Source: an uncultured beta proteobacterium
Lineage (GTDB): Bacteria; Pseudomonadota; Gammaproteobacteria; Burkholderiales; Casimicrobiaceae
DNA: 64,000 nt
Assembly (NCBI GenBank): GCA_963741355.1
Contig: CAVUIG010000017.1
Coordinates: forward strand, 10,022 to 74,021
Reading direction: 5' to 3'
The position numbers were made by a program, and so were the translations under genes. Below the pieces are notes generated by a model. It had not been told where the DNA came from. It made no database searches and was given only the letters and a program-made list of their open reading frames with translations. Positions 32,603 to 43,060 of this stretch are shown here, piece by piece (the stretch's first letter is position 1; each line of letters starts with the position of its first letter).

Positions 32603-33800
32603 TCACTTCGCCGGCAGCGGCATCGCGCGCTCGGCGAGCGCCGCGAGGTAGCCGGCGCCCAGCGGAATGACGGCGTCGTTGAAATCGTATTTGCTGTTGT
32701 GCAGGAAGCAGCCGCCCTCGACGCCGCCCTGCCCCAGCCGCGCGAACGCGCCGGGCTTCGCCTGCAGCATGAACGAGAAATCCTCCGAGCCCATCGACGG
32801 ATCGAGGTTGCGCACGACGTTGCCCGCGCCGACCAGCGCTTCGGCGACGTCGGCAGCGAAATCGCGCTTCGGTCGTGTGATTGATCGTCGCCGGATAGAC
32901 GCGCTCGTAGCGGATCGTCGCGCTCGCGCCGAACGCGGCCGCGATCGTCGGGACGAGCTCGGCGAGGCGCCGCTCGATCATGTCCTGCGTCGCCGGGCGG
33001 AACGTGCGCACCGTGCCGACGAGCTTTGCATGCGCCGGGATCACGCTCATCGCGCCGGGATTGCCCGCCTGCATCGCACAGATGCTGACGACGGCGGTGT
33101 CGATCGGGCTCACGTTGCGCGCGACGATCGACTGCGCGGCGGTGATGATGTGCGCGGCCACGAGCACCGGGTCGATCGCCGAGTGCGGATGCGCGCCGTG
33201 GCCGCCGCGGCCGTCGATCGTGATCTCGATCCGGTCGGCCGCCGCCATCGCGGGCCCGGGCGTGATGCCGATCTGCCCCGGCGGCAGGCCGGGCCAGTTG
33301 TGCAGCGCGAACACGCGCTCCGCCGGGAAGCGCTCGAACAGACCGTCGTCGATCATCTCGCGCGCGCCGGCGTAGCCTTCCTCGCCGGGCTGGAAGATGA
33401 GATACGCCGTGCCGTCGAAGGCCCGGGTCTCGGCGAGATAGCGGGCCGCGGCAAGCAGCATCGTCGTGTGGCCGTCGTGGCCGCAGCCGTGCATGCGCCC
33501 GTCGTAGCGCGACTTGTGCGCGAAGTCGTTCTCCTCCTGCATCGGCAGCGCGTCCATGTCGGCGCGCAGTCCTACCGATGCATTGCGCGTGTCCTTGCGC
33601 CCGCGGATCACCGCGACGACGCCGGTGCGCCCGATGCCCGGGTGAAATTCGATGCCGAGCGCCGTCAGCGCCTCGCAGACGACGCGGGCGGTCCGGTGTT
33701 CCTCGAAGCCGAGCTCGGGATGCTGGTGAAGATCGCGGCGAACCGCCGCGAATTCGTCCTGCCAGCGCGTGATGTGATCGACGGGATTGGGCATCGGCAT
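32603..33800 (-). CDS. M20-family amidohydrolase (hippurate hydrolase / aminoacylase type), one frameshift
   Basis: Sequence is MPMPNPVDHITRWQDEFAAVRRDLHQHPELGFEEHRTARVV...LRADMDALP...MHGCGHDGHTTMLLAAARYL...IFQPGEEG...DGRGGHGAHPH..., in the frame of ORF 31455..34682. The C-terminus SMGSEDFSFMLQAKPGAF...HNSKYDFNDAVIPLGAGYLAALAERA is ORF 32603..32815. The shift is at about 32868. The start overlaps the stop of the upstream permease. Confidence 0.8.
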
Positions 33801-34782
33801 CAGTGGGCGAGCGCGCGCTCGACGCGCAGCCGCGGGTCGACCGCGTAATACGTGAGGTCGACGACGAGGTTGATCAGCACGAAGATGAGCGCGATGAAGC
33901 ACAGGTACGCCGCCATCACCGGGATGTCGGCAAAGTTGACCGCCTGGATGAAGAGGAAGCCCATTCCGGGCCACTGGAACACCGTCTCGGTGACGATCGC
34001 GAACGCAACGATGCCGCCGAGCTGCAGTCCGGTGATCGTGATGACGGGCACCAGCGTGTTCTTCAACGCGTGGCCGAAATACAGCGCGCGGTCGGTGATA
34101 CCGCGGGCGCGGGCGAACTTGATGTAGTCGGTGCGCAGCACCTCGAGCATCTCGGCGCGCACGAGCCGCATGATCAGCGTCATCTGGAAGAGCGAGAGCG
34201 TGATCGACGGCAGGATCAGCGCCTTCAGGCCGCTCTTGGTGAGGAGGCCCGTGGTCCACCAGCCGAGCGCGACGGTATCGCCGCGGCCGAACGACGGCAG
34301 CCAGCCGAGGATCACCGCGAACACGAGGATCAGCAGGATGCCGATCAGGAAGGTCGGCAGGCTCACCCCCACCAGCGAGCCCGCGAGCATCACCTGCGCG
34401 AGCACCGTGTCGCGCCGAAGCGCCGTGTACACGCCCGAGCGGAATGCCGATGACGAGCGCGAGTGCGGCGGCGACCGCAGAGAGCTCGAGGGTTGCCGGC
34501 AGCCGCTCCTTGATCAGCGTCGCGACAGGACGGCCCTGCCGCAGCGAAAGCCCGAAGTCGCCCTGCACCGCATGGCCGACGAAGCGCGCGAACTGCACCG
34601 GAAACGCGCGGTCGAGCCCGAGGTCGCTGCGCAAGCGCTGCGCGCTCCTCGAGCGTCGCGTCCTGTCCGACCATGAACGCAACGGGGTCGCCGACGAAGT
34701 TGAACATGCCGAACGCGATGAATGCGACGACCGCCATCACGGCGACCGACTGCAGGATCCGCCTGACGATGAATGCTAGCAA
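33800..34782 (-). CDS. peptide ABC transporter permease (DppB/OppB-like), about 2 frameshifts
   Basis: The N-terminus MLAFIVRRILQSVAVMAVVAFIAFGMFNFVGDPVAFMVGQDATLEERAAL is ORF 34390..34782. The middle, LGLDRAFPVQFARFVGHAVQGDFGLSLRQGRPVATLIKERLPATLELS, is in the frame of ORF 31455..34682. The remainder is ORF 33800..34432. Confidence 0.8.
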
Positions 34783-35027
34783 GGAAGTGCCGTTCGCACC
34801 GGGGAGATCAGCTTCGTTGCATTGCGGTGCAGAGGGGAAAATCGCATCGGACGATCATGCCCAAACCCGGATGGAGCGTCAATGCGTTCCGAACCTGCGG
34901 CAGGCCCGGCCGCCCCCCCGTCGCCGTCTGCGGGCGAGATATTTTGTGGTTCAATACCATGCCTGCGCCGCCAGCAGGGGCCGGCCGAGCGCTTCGGGCG
35001 CGGACCGAGTCGCGTTTCCAACCTTCC

Positions 35028-36038
35028 ATGCTGCGCTTCTTCGTCACGCGAGTCAGCCTCATCATTCCGACCTTTCTCGGGATGACGCTGCTCGCGTTCT
35101 TCCTGATCCGGCTCGTTCCCGGCGACCCGATCGAGACGATGGCGGGCGAGCGCGGCATCGATGCGGCGCGACACGCGGCGCTGCTCAAGGAATACGGGCT
35201 CGATCGCCCGGTGCTCGTCCAATACGGGATCTACATCGGGCGCGTCCTGCACGGCGACCTCGGCAAGTCGATGATCACGCAGGAGCCGGTGGTGCACGAG
35301 TTCGCCGCGCTGTTCCCCGCGACGATCGAGCTCGCCTTTTGCGCGATTGTCTTCGCGCTGGTCATCGGCATTCCTGCGGGGATGATCGCCGCGGTGCGCC
35401 GAAATTCGGTGTTCGACCACGGCGTGATGGGGGTTTCCCTCACCGGCTACTCGATGCCGATCTTCTGGTGGGGGCTGCTGCTGATCCTGCTCTTCTCGGT
35501 CGAGCTCGGCTGGACGCCGGTGTCCGGCCGCATCGCGGTCAAGTACTACATCGAGCCGGTGACCGGGTTTCTCACGATCGACGCGCTGTTGTCGGGAGAG
35601 AAGGGAGCGTTCGAATCGGCGGTGTCGCACCTTATCCTGCCGATGATCGTGCTGGGCACCCAACCGCTCGCCATCATCGCCCGAATGACGCGCTCGGCGA
35701 TGCTCGAGGTGCTGGGCGAGGACTACATTCGCACCGCAAGGGCCAAGGGCTTGTCGCAACTGCGCGTCGTCGCGCTGCACGCGTTTCGCAACGCGCTGAT
35801 CCCGGTCATCACCGTCATCGGGCTGCAAGTGGGCGTGCTGTTCACGGGTGCAATCCTCACCGAGACGATCTTCTCCTGGCCGGGCGTGGGCAAGTGGATG
35901 ATCGAAGCGATCAACCGGCGCGACTATCCGGTGCTGCAGGGCGGCTTGCTGATGCTGGGCTTCATCGTGATGATCGTGAATCTGCTGGTCGATGTCGCTT
36001 ACGGCGTGATCAACCCGCGGATAAGGCGGGCGAAATGA
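35028..36038 (+). CDS. dppB: dipeptide ABC transporter permease DppB
   Basis: Starts at the internal ATG at 35028 of ORF 34773..36038. Sequence is MLRFFVTRVSLIIPTFLGMTLLAFFLIRLVPGDPIETMAGERG...YIRTARAKGLSQLRVVALHAFRNALIPVITV. Intact. Confidence 0.85.
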   Translation: MLRFFVTRVSLIIPTFLGMTLLAFFLIRLVPGDPIETMAGERGIDAARHAALLKEYGLDRPVLVQYGIYIGRVLHGDLGKSMITQEPVVHEFAALFPATIELAFCAIVFALVIGIPAGMIAAVRRNSVFDHGVMGVSLTGYSMPIFWWGLLLILLFSVELGWTPVSGRIAVKYYIEPVTGFLTIDALLSGEKGAFESAVSHLILPMIVLGTQPLAIIARMTRSAMLEVLGEDYIRTARAKGLSQLRVVALHAFRNALIPVITVIGLQVGVLFTGAILTETIFSWPGVGKWMIEAINRRDYPVLQGGLLMLGFIVMIVNLLVDVAYGVINPRIRRAK

Positions 36039-36241
36039 GCGAGCGGGGCGAAGCCAAGGAGCGAAGCTCGCGTCTGCGAGCGCGGGCGGCGGTCGACGCG
36101 CCGGGCTTCGATCAGCCTCGACGCAACGCGGAGGCCGCGCGTCCGCGAGCGATTGAGGGAGGCCGACAACGCGGCGCAATGTTGGCCGCAGTCCGTGCGG
36201 AGGCCGAGACATGAGTACGCCTCGCTGTTGCCAACATCACC

Positions 36242-37111
36242 GTGCCCGCGCCACCCGGGCCGCTGCGCGAATTCTGGGGCTATTTCAGCGCCAACCACGG
36301 GGCGGTGGCGGGCCTGATCGTTGTCGTCACGGTGCTGCTGATGGCGGCGTTCGCCAACGTGCTGGCGCCCTATCCGCCGGACCTCACCAACAATTCGGTG
36401 TTCCTGAAGCCCCCGGTCTGGCAGGCCGGCGGCTCGAGTGCTTACCTGCTCGGCACCGACGCGATCGGGCGCGACATCCTGTCCCGGCTCATCTACGGCG
36501 CCCGCCTTTCGCTGCTGATCGGCATCGCCGTCGTCGCGCTGTCGATCGTCGTCGGCATCGCACTCGGCCTGATCGCAGGGTTCGCGCGCGGCGTGACCGA
36601 GATCGCGATCATGCGACTGATGGATATCATCCTGACGCTGCCCAGCCTGCTGCTCGCCATCGTGATCGTCGCAATCCTCGGACCGGGAATCATGAACGCG
36701 ATGCTGGCAGTCGCCGTGGTCGTGCTGCCGCATTACGTGCGCATCACGCGGGCCGCGGTGATTTCGGAGACGGCGAAGGACTACGTCACGGCGGCGCGCG
36801 CCAACGGGGCGGGACGGTTTCGGCTGATGTTCAACGAAGTGCTCCCCAACTGCGCCGCACCGCTGATCGTCCAGGCGTCGCTCGGCGTGTCCGTGGCCAT
36901 CCTCGACGCCGCGGCATTGGGCTTTCTGGGCCTGGGCGCGCAACCCCCCGCCTCCGAATGGGGAACGATGCTGGCGGACGCGCGTGAGTTCGTTCTGCGC
37001 GCATGGTGGGTGGTGACGTTTCCGGGAATCATGATCCTGACGACAGTGCTCGCCTTCAACCTGCTGGGCGACGGGCTGCGCGATGCGCTCGATCCGAAGC
37101 TGAAACGCTGA
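36242..37111 (+). CDS. dppC: dipeptide ABC transporter permease DppC
   Basis: ORF 36242..37111 (GTG start). It carries [42 protein letters not shown] and [24 protein letters not shown]. The true start may be the ATG at 36211 (MSTP...), which is one frame off and could be joined by a single indel. Confidence 0.85.
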   Translation: MPAPPGPLREFWGYFSANHGAVAGLIVVVTVLLMAAFANVLAPYPPDLTNNSVFLKPPVWQAGGSSAYLLGTDAIGRDILSRLIYGARLSLLIGIAVVALSIVVGIALGLIAGFARGVTEIAIMRLMDIILTLPSLLLAIVIVAILGPGIMNAMLAVAVVVLPHYVRITRAAVISETAKDYVTAARANGAGRFRLMFNEVLPNCAAPLIVQASLGVSVAILDAAALGFLGLGAQPPASEWGTMLADAREFVLRAWWVVTFPGIMILTTVLAFNLLGDGLRDALDPKLKR

Positions 37112-37119
37112 TCGCCGCC

Positions 37120-38136
37120 ATGGCCCTCCTCGAGATCGAAGACCTCCACGTCGAGTTTCCGTCGCAGGGCGCCGTGATGCACGCGGTCGAGGGGGTGAGC
37201 CTCGCGCTGGACGAGGGCGAGGTGCTGGGGATCGTCGGCGAATCGGGCTCGGGCAAGAGCGTCACGATGCTCGCGGTGATGGGGCTCACGGCCTACCCCG
37301 GGCGTGTGCGCGCCAAGCGGCTGCAATTCGCCGGCCGCGACCTGCAGCGACTGTCCGACCGCGAGCGCCGGACGCTCATCGGCAAGGATGTCGCGATGAT
37401 CTTCCAGGATCCGACGACGAGCCTCAATCCGTGCTTTACCGTCGGCTTCCAGCTTTGCGAGACGCTGCGGTTGCATCTGGGGATGGATGCGAAGGCCGCA
37501 CGCCATCGGGCGATCGAGTTGCTCGAGCAAGTCGGGATCCCCGCCGCGTCGAGCCGGATCGGAGACTTTCCGCATCAGCTCTCCGGCGGCATGAATCAAC
37601 GGGTGATGATTGCGATGGCCATCGCCTGCAACCCGCGGCTGCTGATCGCGGACGAGCCGACGACCGCGCTCGACGTGACGATCCAGGCGCAGATCCTCGA
37701 CCTGCTGCGCGGGCTGCAGCGCGAACGCGGCATGGCGTTGATCCTCGTCACGCACAACATGGGCGTCGTCGCCGAGATGGCCCGCCGCGTGATCGTCATG
37801 TATGCGGGCCAGGTCGTCGAGGAGCGCCGCGCCGATGCGCTCTTCGCGGCGCCGGAGCATCCGTATACCGCGGCGCTGCTGGCGGCGATGCCCGAGCGCA
37901 GCACCGGCGAGACGCGCCTCGCCACCATCCCGGGCGTCGTCCCGGGGCTCTACGACCGGCCGCAGGGCTGCCTGTTCGCGCCGCGCTGCCGCTATGTCAC
38001 CGGGCTCGCGTGTCGAACGCGCCCGGAGCTCCGCCCCTGGGCCGACGGCCGGATTCGCTGCCACTTTCCGCTCTCCGATCCGCAACGTGACGCGGCGATC
38101 GCGCGTGACGCCATCTCCGTCCAGTCGACGCCGTGA
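37120..38136 (+). CDS. dppD: dipeptide ABC transporter ATP-binding protein DppD
   Basis: Starts at the internal ATG at 37120 of ORF 37003..38136. Sequence is [15 protein letters not shown]...[12 protein letters not shown]...[15 protein letters not shown]...[11 protein letters not shown]...[11 protein letters not shown]. Confidence 0.85.
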   Translation: MALLEIEDLHVEFPSQGAVMHAVEGVSLALDEGEVLGIVGESGSGKSVTMLAVMGLTAYPGRVRAKRLQFAGRDLQRLSDRERRTLIGKDVAMIFQDPTTSLNPCFTVGFQLCETLRLHLGMDAKAARHRAIELLEQVGIPAASSRIGDFPHQLSGGMNQRVMIAMAIACNPRLLIADEPTTALDVTIQAQILDLLRGLQRERGMALILVTHNMGVVAEMARRVIVMYAGQVVEERRADALFAAPEHPYTAALLAAMPERSTGETRLATIPGVVPGLYDRPQGCLFAPRCRYVTGLACRTRPELRPWADGRIRCHFPLSDPQRDAAIARDAISVQSTP

Positions 38137-39166
38137 GCAACGCCGCAACGTTGAACCCGCCTGTCGTCGAGGCGAAGGACCTGACGCGCATCTACGAGAT
38201 TCGCCACGGTCCGTTCCGCGAAGCGGCAAGGCTCCACGCGGTGGCCGGCGTTTCGTTCACGATCGAGGCGGGCCGGACGCTGGCCGTGGTGGGCGAATCC
38301 GGCTGCGGCAAGTCGACGCTTGCACGCGTGGTTTCGTTGATCGAAAAGCCGAGCGGCGGCGACCTGCGCCTCGGCGGCATCGATGCGGTCAACACGACGT
38401 CATCGCAACAGCGAGCGCTGCGCAAGACCGTGCAGATGGTGTTCCAGAATCCTTTCGGCTCGCTCAATCCGCGCAAGAAGATCGGCGCGATCCTGGAAGC
38501 GCCTCTTGAGATCAATGCCGACCTCGGACCGCCTGAGCGAGCCCTGCGCGCGCGGGCCATGCTGGCGAAGGTCGGATTGCGGCCGGAGCACTACGTCCGC
38601 TATCCGCACATGTTCTCCGGCGGCCAGCGCCAGCGCATTGCGATTGCGCGGGCGTTGATGCTGAATCCGGCGCTGGTCGTGGCCGACGAGCCCGTTTCGG
38701 CGCTCGACGTATCGGTCCAGGCGCAGGTGCTGAACCTGCTTGCCGACCTGCAGGGCGACCTCGGCCTCGCGTACCTCTTCATTTCGCACGATCTGGGGGT
38801 CGTCCGGCACATCGCACACGACGTGATGGTGATGTACCTTGGCCTCGCCATGGAGCAAGGCAGCAAGGAGCGCATCTTCGCCCGCCCGCTTCACCCCTAC
38901 ACGCAGGCGCTGCTGGCCTCGACGCCCGGCCTCGCGGCGGCCGGCCGCCCGGAGCGCATCGTGCTCAAGGCGAATTGCCGTCGCCATTGAACCCTCCCGC
39001 AGGGTGCGTGTTCTCCACCCGCTGTCCGCACGCCATCGAGCGCTGTCGCATCGAGCGGCCCGTCTTGCGCCCCCTCGGCGGCAGACAGGTATCATGCCAT
39101 CTCGCGGAACGCTTCCTCGAACCCGGCCATTCCGACGCGGGCGATCCCGTGCCGCAGGTCACTTAA
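38133..39166 (+). CDS. dppF: dipeptide ABC transporter ATP-binding protein DppF (one frameshift)
   Basis: ORF 38133..38990 supplies [28 protein letters not shown] and [11 protein letters not shown]. The ending [25 protein letters not shown]... is ORF 38975..39166. At about 38966, AAG GCG AAT TGC would read K-G-E-L if one G were restored. Confidence 0.8.
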
Positions 39167-39192
39167 GCCCCACTGAGAGAGGAGTCCATGTC

Positions 39193-40824
39193 ATGACGAA
39201 GCTCGATCCGACCCTGCGCCGGTTCCCCGGCGCCCGCCGAGCGCTGTTTGCAGCGCTGGCGCTTCCGGTCCTGTTCGCCACCGCCGGCGTCGCGGCGAAG
39301 ACGCTGGTGTTCTGCTCCGAAGGCAGTCCCGAGAACTTCTACCCCGGCGTGAACACGACCGGCACGTCATTCGACGCCAACAGCCAGATCTACAGCCGCA
39401 TCGTCGATTTCGAGCGCGGCGGCACGACCGTCGTCCCCGGCCTCGCCGAGCGCTGGGAGATCTCGCCCGACGGCAAGGTCTACACGTTCTACCTGCGCAA
39501 GGGCGTGAAATGGCACAACCACCGCGCGTGGAAGCCCACGCGCGATTTCAACGCCGACGACATGATCTTCGCGATCGAGCGGCAGTGGAAGGAATCGAAT
39601 CCGTATTTCAAGGTGACGAGCACCAACCACTCGTACTTCAACGACATGGGGATGCCGAAGCTCTTGAAGTCGGTCGAGAAGGTCGACGACTACACGGTGC
39701 GGATCACGCTGGAGCGGGCGGAGGCGCCGTTCCTGTCCGACCTGGCGATGGAATACGCGGGTGTGCAGTCGAAAGAGTACGCCGACGCGATGCTGAAGGC
39801 CGGCACGCCGGAGAAGATCGACCAGGAGCCGATCGGCACCGGACCGTTCTATCTCGTGCAATACCAGAAGGACGCGATCATCCGCTACAAGGCGTTTCCG
39901 CAATACTACGGCGGCAAGGCGAAGATCGACGACCTCGTGTTCTCGATCACGCCGGACGCGTCGGTCCGCTGGGCGAAGCTGCAGAAGGGCGAATGCCACG
40001 TGATGCCGTACCCGAATCCTGCCGACCTCGACGCGATCCGCAAGGACCCGAGCGTCGTCGTGCTCGAGCAGCCCGGCCTCAACATCGGCTATCTCGCCTA
40101 CAACGTGACCAAGAAGCCGTTCGACGACGTGCGGGTGCGCAAGGCCGTCAACATGGCGATCAACAAGAAGGCGATCATCGACGCCGTCTATCTGACGACC
40201 GGCGTGGCGGCGAAGAACCCGATTCCGCCGACGCAATGGTCGTACAACGACGCGATCAAGGACGATCCCTACGACCCCGCCGCGGCGAAGAAGCTGCTGG
40301 CCGAGGCCGGCTATCCGAACGGCTTCACGACCGACCTCTGGGCGATGCCGGTCCAGCGGCCGTACAACCCCAACGCGAGGCGGATTGCGGAACTGATGCA
40401 GGCCGACCTGAGCAAGGTCGGCATCACGGCCGAGATCAAGAGCTTCGAATGGGGCGAGTACCGCAAGCGGATGCAGAACGGCGAGCACCAGATGGGGATG
40501 CTGGGCTGGACCGGCGACAACGGCGATCCGGACAACTTCCTGCACAACCTGCTCGGCTGCGACGGAGCGAAGCCCGGCGGCAGCAACGTGTCGAAGTGGT
40601 GCTACCAGCCATTCGACGATCTCGTGATCAAGGCGGTGTCACTGACCGACCAGAAGCAGCGCGCCGACCACTACATGAAGGCGCAGGTCGTCTTCAAGGA
40701 GCAGGCGCCGTGGTTCACGATCGCGCACGCGGTGCAGCTCAAGCCCGTGCGCAAGGAAGTGATCGACTACAAGCTCTCGCCGTTCGGCCGCCACACGTTC
40801 TACGGTGTCGACATCAAGGAATGA
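39193..40824 (+). CDS. dppA: dipeptide-binding periplasmic protein DppA (family 5 SBP)
   Basis: The ATG at 39193 is preceded by GAGAGGAG. Sequence is MTKLDPTLRRFPGARRALFAALALPVLFATAGVAA (signal peptide), then KTLVFCSEGSPENFYPG...IYSRIVDFERGGTTVVPGLAE...GTGPFYLVQY.... Intact within ORF 38839..40824. Confidence 0.85.
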   Translation: MTKLDPTLRRFPGARRALFAALALPVLFATAGVAAKTLVFCSEGSPENFYPGVNTTGTSFDANSQIYSRIVDFERGGTTVVPGLAERWEISPDGKVYTFYLRKGVKWHNHRAWKPTRDFNADDMIFAIERQWKESNPYFKVTSTNHSYFNDMGMPKLLKSVEKVDDYTVRITLERAEAPFLSDLAMEYAGVQSKEYADAMLKAGTPEKIDQEPIGTGPFYLVQYQKDAIIRYKAFPQYYGGKAKIDDLVFSITPDASVRWAKLQKGECHVMPYPNPADLDAIRKDPSVVVLEQPGLNIGYLAYNVTKKPFDDVRVRKAVNMAINKKAIIDAVYLTTGVAAKNPIPPTQWSYNDAIKDDPYDPAAAKKLLAEAGYPNGFTTDLWAMPVQRPYNPNARRIAELMQADLSKVGITAEIKSFEWGEYRKRMQNGEHQMGMLGWTGDNGDPDNFLHNLLGCDGAKPGGSNVSKWCYQPFDDLVIKAVSLTDQKQRADHYMKAQVVFKEQAPWFTIAHAVQLKPVRKEVIDYKLSPFGRHTFYGVDIKE

Positions 40825-40853
40825 CCGTAGCGATTTTCCGAGAGCGTACGATC

Positions 40854-40886
40854 TAAACGCCCCGCCGCACGCGGGGCGTTTTTCTT
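40854..40886 (+). terminator. rho-independent terminator after dppA (shared convergent gap with rlmB)
   Basis: AAACGCCCCGC-CGCAC-GCGGGGCGTTT is followed by TTCTTTG. Confidence 0.7.
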
Positions 40887-40890
40887 TGCG

Positions 40891-41715
40891 CTAGCCTTGC
40901 CGTTCGGCGACCCGCGCCCGCCGCGTCGCGAAGAGGCAGATGCCTGCCGCCACCGAGACGTTGAGGCTCGCGACGGTCCCCGAGAGCGGAATGCCGACGA
41001 TGCGGTCGCACAGCTCGCGCGTGAGACGGCGCAGCCCCGACCCTTCCGCGCCCAGCACCCACGCGACCGGGCCGGTGACGTCAGCGTCGAACAGGCTCTC
41101 GCCGCCCGCATCGGCGCCGAGGATCCACACGCCCTTCGACTTCAGGTCGCGCAGCGTGCGCGCGAGATTGGTCACCGTGATGACGGGGATGGTGTCCGCC
41201 GCGCCGCTCGCCGCCTTCGCGACGGTCGCGTTGACGCCGACCGCCCGATCCTTGGGAACGATCACCGCATGCGCGCCGAAGGCATCGGCATCGCGCAGGC
41301 AGGCGCCCAGGTTGTGCGGATCAGTAACGCCATCGAGCACGAGCAGCAGCGCCGGCTCCGAGAGCGTCTCCATGACGTCGTCGAGCGAAACGGGCGCATC
41401 CGCCGCAGATACGATGGCGACGATCCCCTGATGGCGGTCCGTGCCGGCGATTTCGCGCAGGCGCGTCTCGTCGGCCGAGTGGACCGGGCATTGCGCGAGC
41501 TCGGCGCGTGCGATCAGATCGCGCGTGCGCGCATCGTGGCGCCCCGACGCGACATAGAGCGACTGCACCGAATCCGGCCGCTGCCGCAAGCGCGCGGTCA
41601 CCGCATGAAAGCCGTGGAGGGTCCTCGTGTCAGCCAAGGGAAGAAGGGCGTCATCGGACGCGAATAGCGCGCCAAGCCGGCGCCGCGCCGAGTGTACCGC
41701 AGCGGAGGCGCCCAT
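40891..41715 (-). CDS. rlmB: 23S rRNA (guanosine-2'-O)-methyltransferase RlmB (SpoU family)
   Basis: ORF 40891..41715. It carries LHGFHAVTARLRQRPDSV, HQGIVAIV, LLVLDGVTDPHNLGACLRDADAFGAHAVIV, VLGAEGSGLRRLT and IPLSGTVASLNVSVAAGICLF. The exact start is uncertain and the ORF may be N-terminally over-extended. Confidence 0.8.
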   Translation of the reverse strand: MGASAAVHSARRRLGALFASDDALLPLADTRTLHGFHAVTARLRQRPDSVQSLYVASGRHDARTRDLIARAELAQCPVHSADETRLREIAGTDRHQGIVAIVSAADAPVSLDDVMETLSEPALLLVLDGVTDPHNLGACLRDADAFGAHAVIVPKDRAVGVNATVAKAASGAADTIPVITVTNLARTLRDLKSKGVWILGADAGGESLFDADVTGPVAWVLGAEGSGLRRLTRELCDRIVGIPLSGTVASLNVSVAAGICLFATRRARVAERQG

Positions 41716-41801
41716 CGGCGCGGCAACACGGCTCGCGGCGGCCTGCGCGCACCGAGCGAAAGGCGCCGCCCTCTGCAGGTAGCGTCCATCGGACCGGCCA
41801 C

Positions 41802-41831
41802 TTGGGGCCTGCCACGCTTTTCCGCTATAAT
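41802..41831 (+). promoter_or_regulatory. putative sigma70-type promoter of tRNA-Thr
   Basis: TTGGGG (41802-41807), an 18-nt spacer, then TATAAT (41826-41831), which ends 17 nt upstream of the tRNA 5' end. Confidence 0.35.
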
Positions 41832-41848
41832 TTCGCGTTTCGCTTCGT

Positions 41849-41924
41849 GCCGGCGTAGCTCAGTTGGTAGAGCAGCGCATTCGTAATGCGAAGGTCGAGG
41901 GTTCAACTCCTTCCGCCGGCACCA
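41849..41924 (+). tRNA. tRNA-Thr (anticodon CGU)
   Basis: Hand-folded cloverleaf. Acceptor GCCGGCG/CGCCGGC. D arm GCTC-AGTTGGTA-GAGC. Anticodon arm GCGCA-TTCGTAA-TGCGA. T arm GAGGG-TTCAACT-CCTTC. Discriminator A plus an encoded CCA. Length 76 nt. Confidence 0.9.
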
Positions 41925-41989
41925 TACTCCCCCTAGCCGATTCCCTTCGGCGTCCAGTTTTCCCTCTAGCCGCGCGCTCGTCCCCGGGG

Positions 41990-42533
41990 CTACTGCACCG
42001 CGAAGTTGACTTCGGTGCTCCAGGTGATGTCGACCTTGTCGCCCACCTTGACCTGATCGAACACCTTCGGATCGACGACCCGTCGGCTGTATTTCCACCC
42101 GTTCGGCCCGACAAAAGTCATCGACGACGCTGCCCTTGTCGATTTCGGCGATAGTTGCCGTCATCGTCCGCACCATCGACGCCGTGCCCCCGGGCCGCAT
42201 TTCCTTTCCCATGGTAGAGGACGTGTCGGCGGAATCGACCGCCGCCTCGCCCGCCGGCTTCAGGCGCACGATGACGTTGTTGTTATACGTCACCCCCACC
42301 TTGTCCCCCACCTTGAGCTCGTCGAAGCGCTTGGCGCTCGCGGGCACGTCGAGGGCGACGAACTTGCCATCGGCCGTCTTGATGTTCACGGCGCGTCTGC
42401 TTTGATCGATCGTCTCTACAGTGCCGGTAACGGTGACGGTCTGTTTCGGGAGCTCTTTGACCTGCGCCCAACTGGGCAGGGCGAGGGCCAAGGCCACTGC
42501 GAACGCGCTCAGCATCGTTATTACTCGCTTCAT
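41990..42533 (-). CDS. hypothetical periplasmic protein with an internal duplication (one frameshift)
   Basis: MKRVITMLSAFAVALALALPSWA is a signal peptide. Two similar modules then end in KVGDKVGVTYNNNVIV and KVGDKVDITWSTEVNFAVQ*. The second module (TFVGPNGWKYSRRVVDPKVFDQVKVGDKV...) lies in another frame, with the shift at about 42125. No family was recognised. Confidence 0.55.
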
Positions 42534-43060
42534 GTTCTCTTCTCCTTTTGGTTGCCCATCGCTGGGGGCAGATGAAGGCGGGTGTCGGGTGACTGGCGTC
42601 GGTGTTGCCCGGCTTTTTTGTGTGCAGCAAGTCCGCGGCTCCGTTGAGTGTATACGCACAAAAAAGCGTCAACACGTCCACGACGTACCGCGATAAACAG
42701 CCGCCACCCGCCCGGGCCATGCGTTGGCGGCAAATTTCATTAAAACCCCGCCATCACATAATTGGCCATCCACTATTTGCACATGGCTACCGCTGCGGGA
42801 ATCAGCGCCGCGCTGATTTGCGCGTAGGAGCACGTCCGACAAAGACGGATGATGGTGGCCCCGCATTGCGAAGAACACGGTGACGACGGGCGGCTTTGCG
42901 AGTCGGGAAGCCGGCAGGAAGGCCGCCTTGCGCACGTTCGCCGAGCGCAGCGGTGTAAACGTTGCAAAGAGACTGAACGGCAGCTTATTTCGTCGGTTGA
43001 CGGCATGGCGGTGCACCACGACCGTTCGAATCGGAGCCGTTGGCCGCCCATGGCCGACTC

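Noticed and set aside
31455-34682. A 1075-aa minus-strand ORF spanning the SBP, the M20 amidohydrolase and a permease.
   Set aside because: Only the central ~330 aa (the M20 amidohydrolase) and a short permease segment are in a genuine frame. The rest is out-of-frame read-through of neighbouring genes.
42800-42840. The segment CTGATTTGCGCGTAGGAGCACGTCCGACAA, which loosely resembles parts of the MITE terminal repeat (CTGATTTCGCGTA / GGAGCCTGTCGGGCC).
   Set aside because: The similarity is patchy (about 60%) and the two halves are in the wrong order relative to the TIR. It cannot be distinguished from chance without a genome-wide search.
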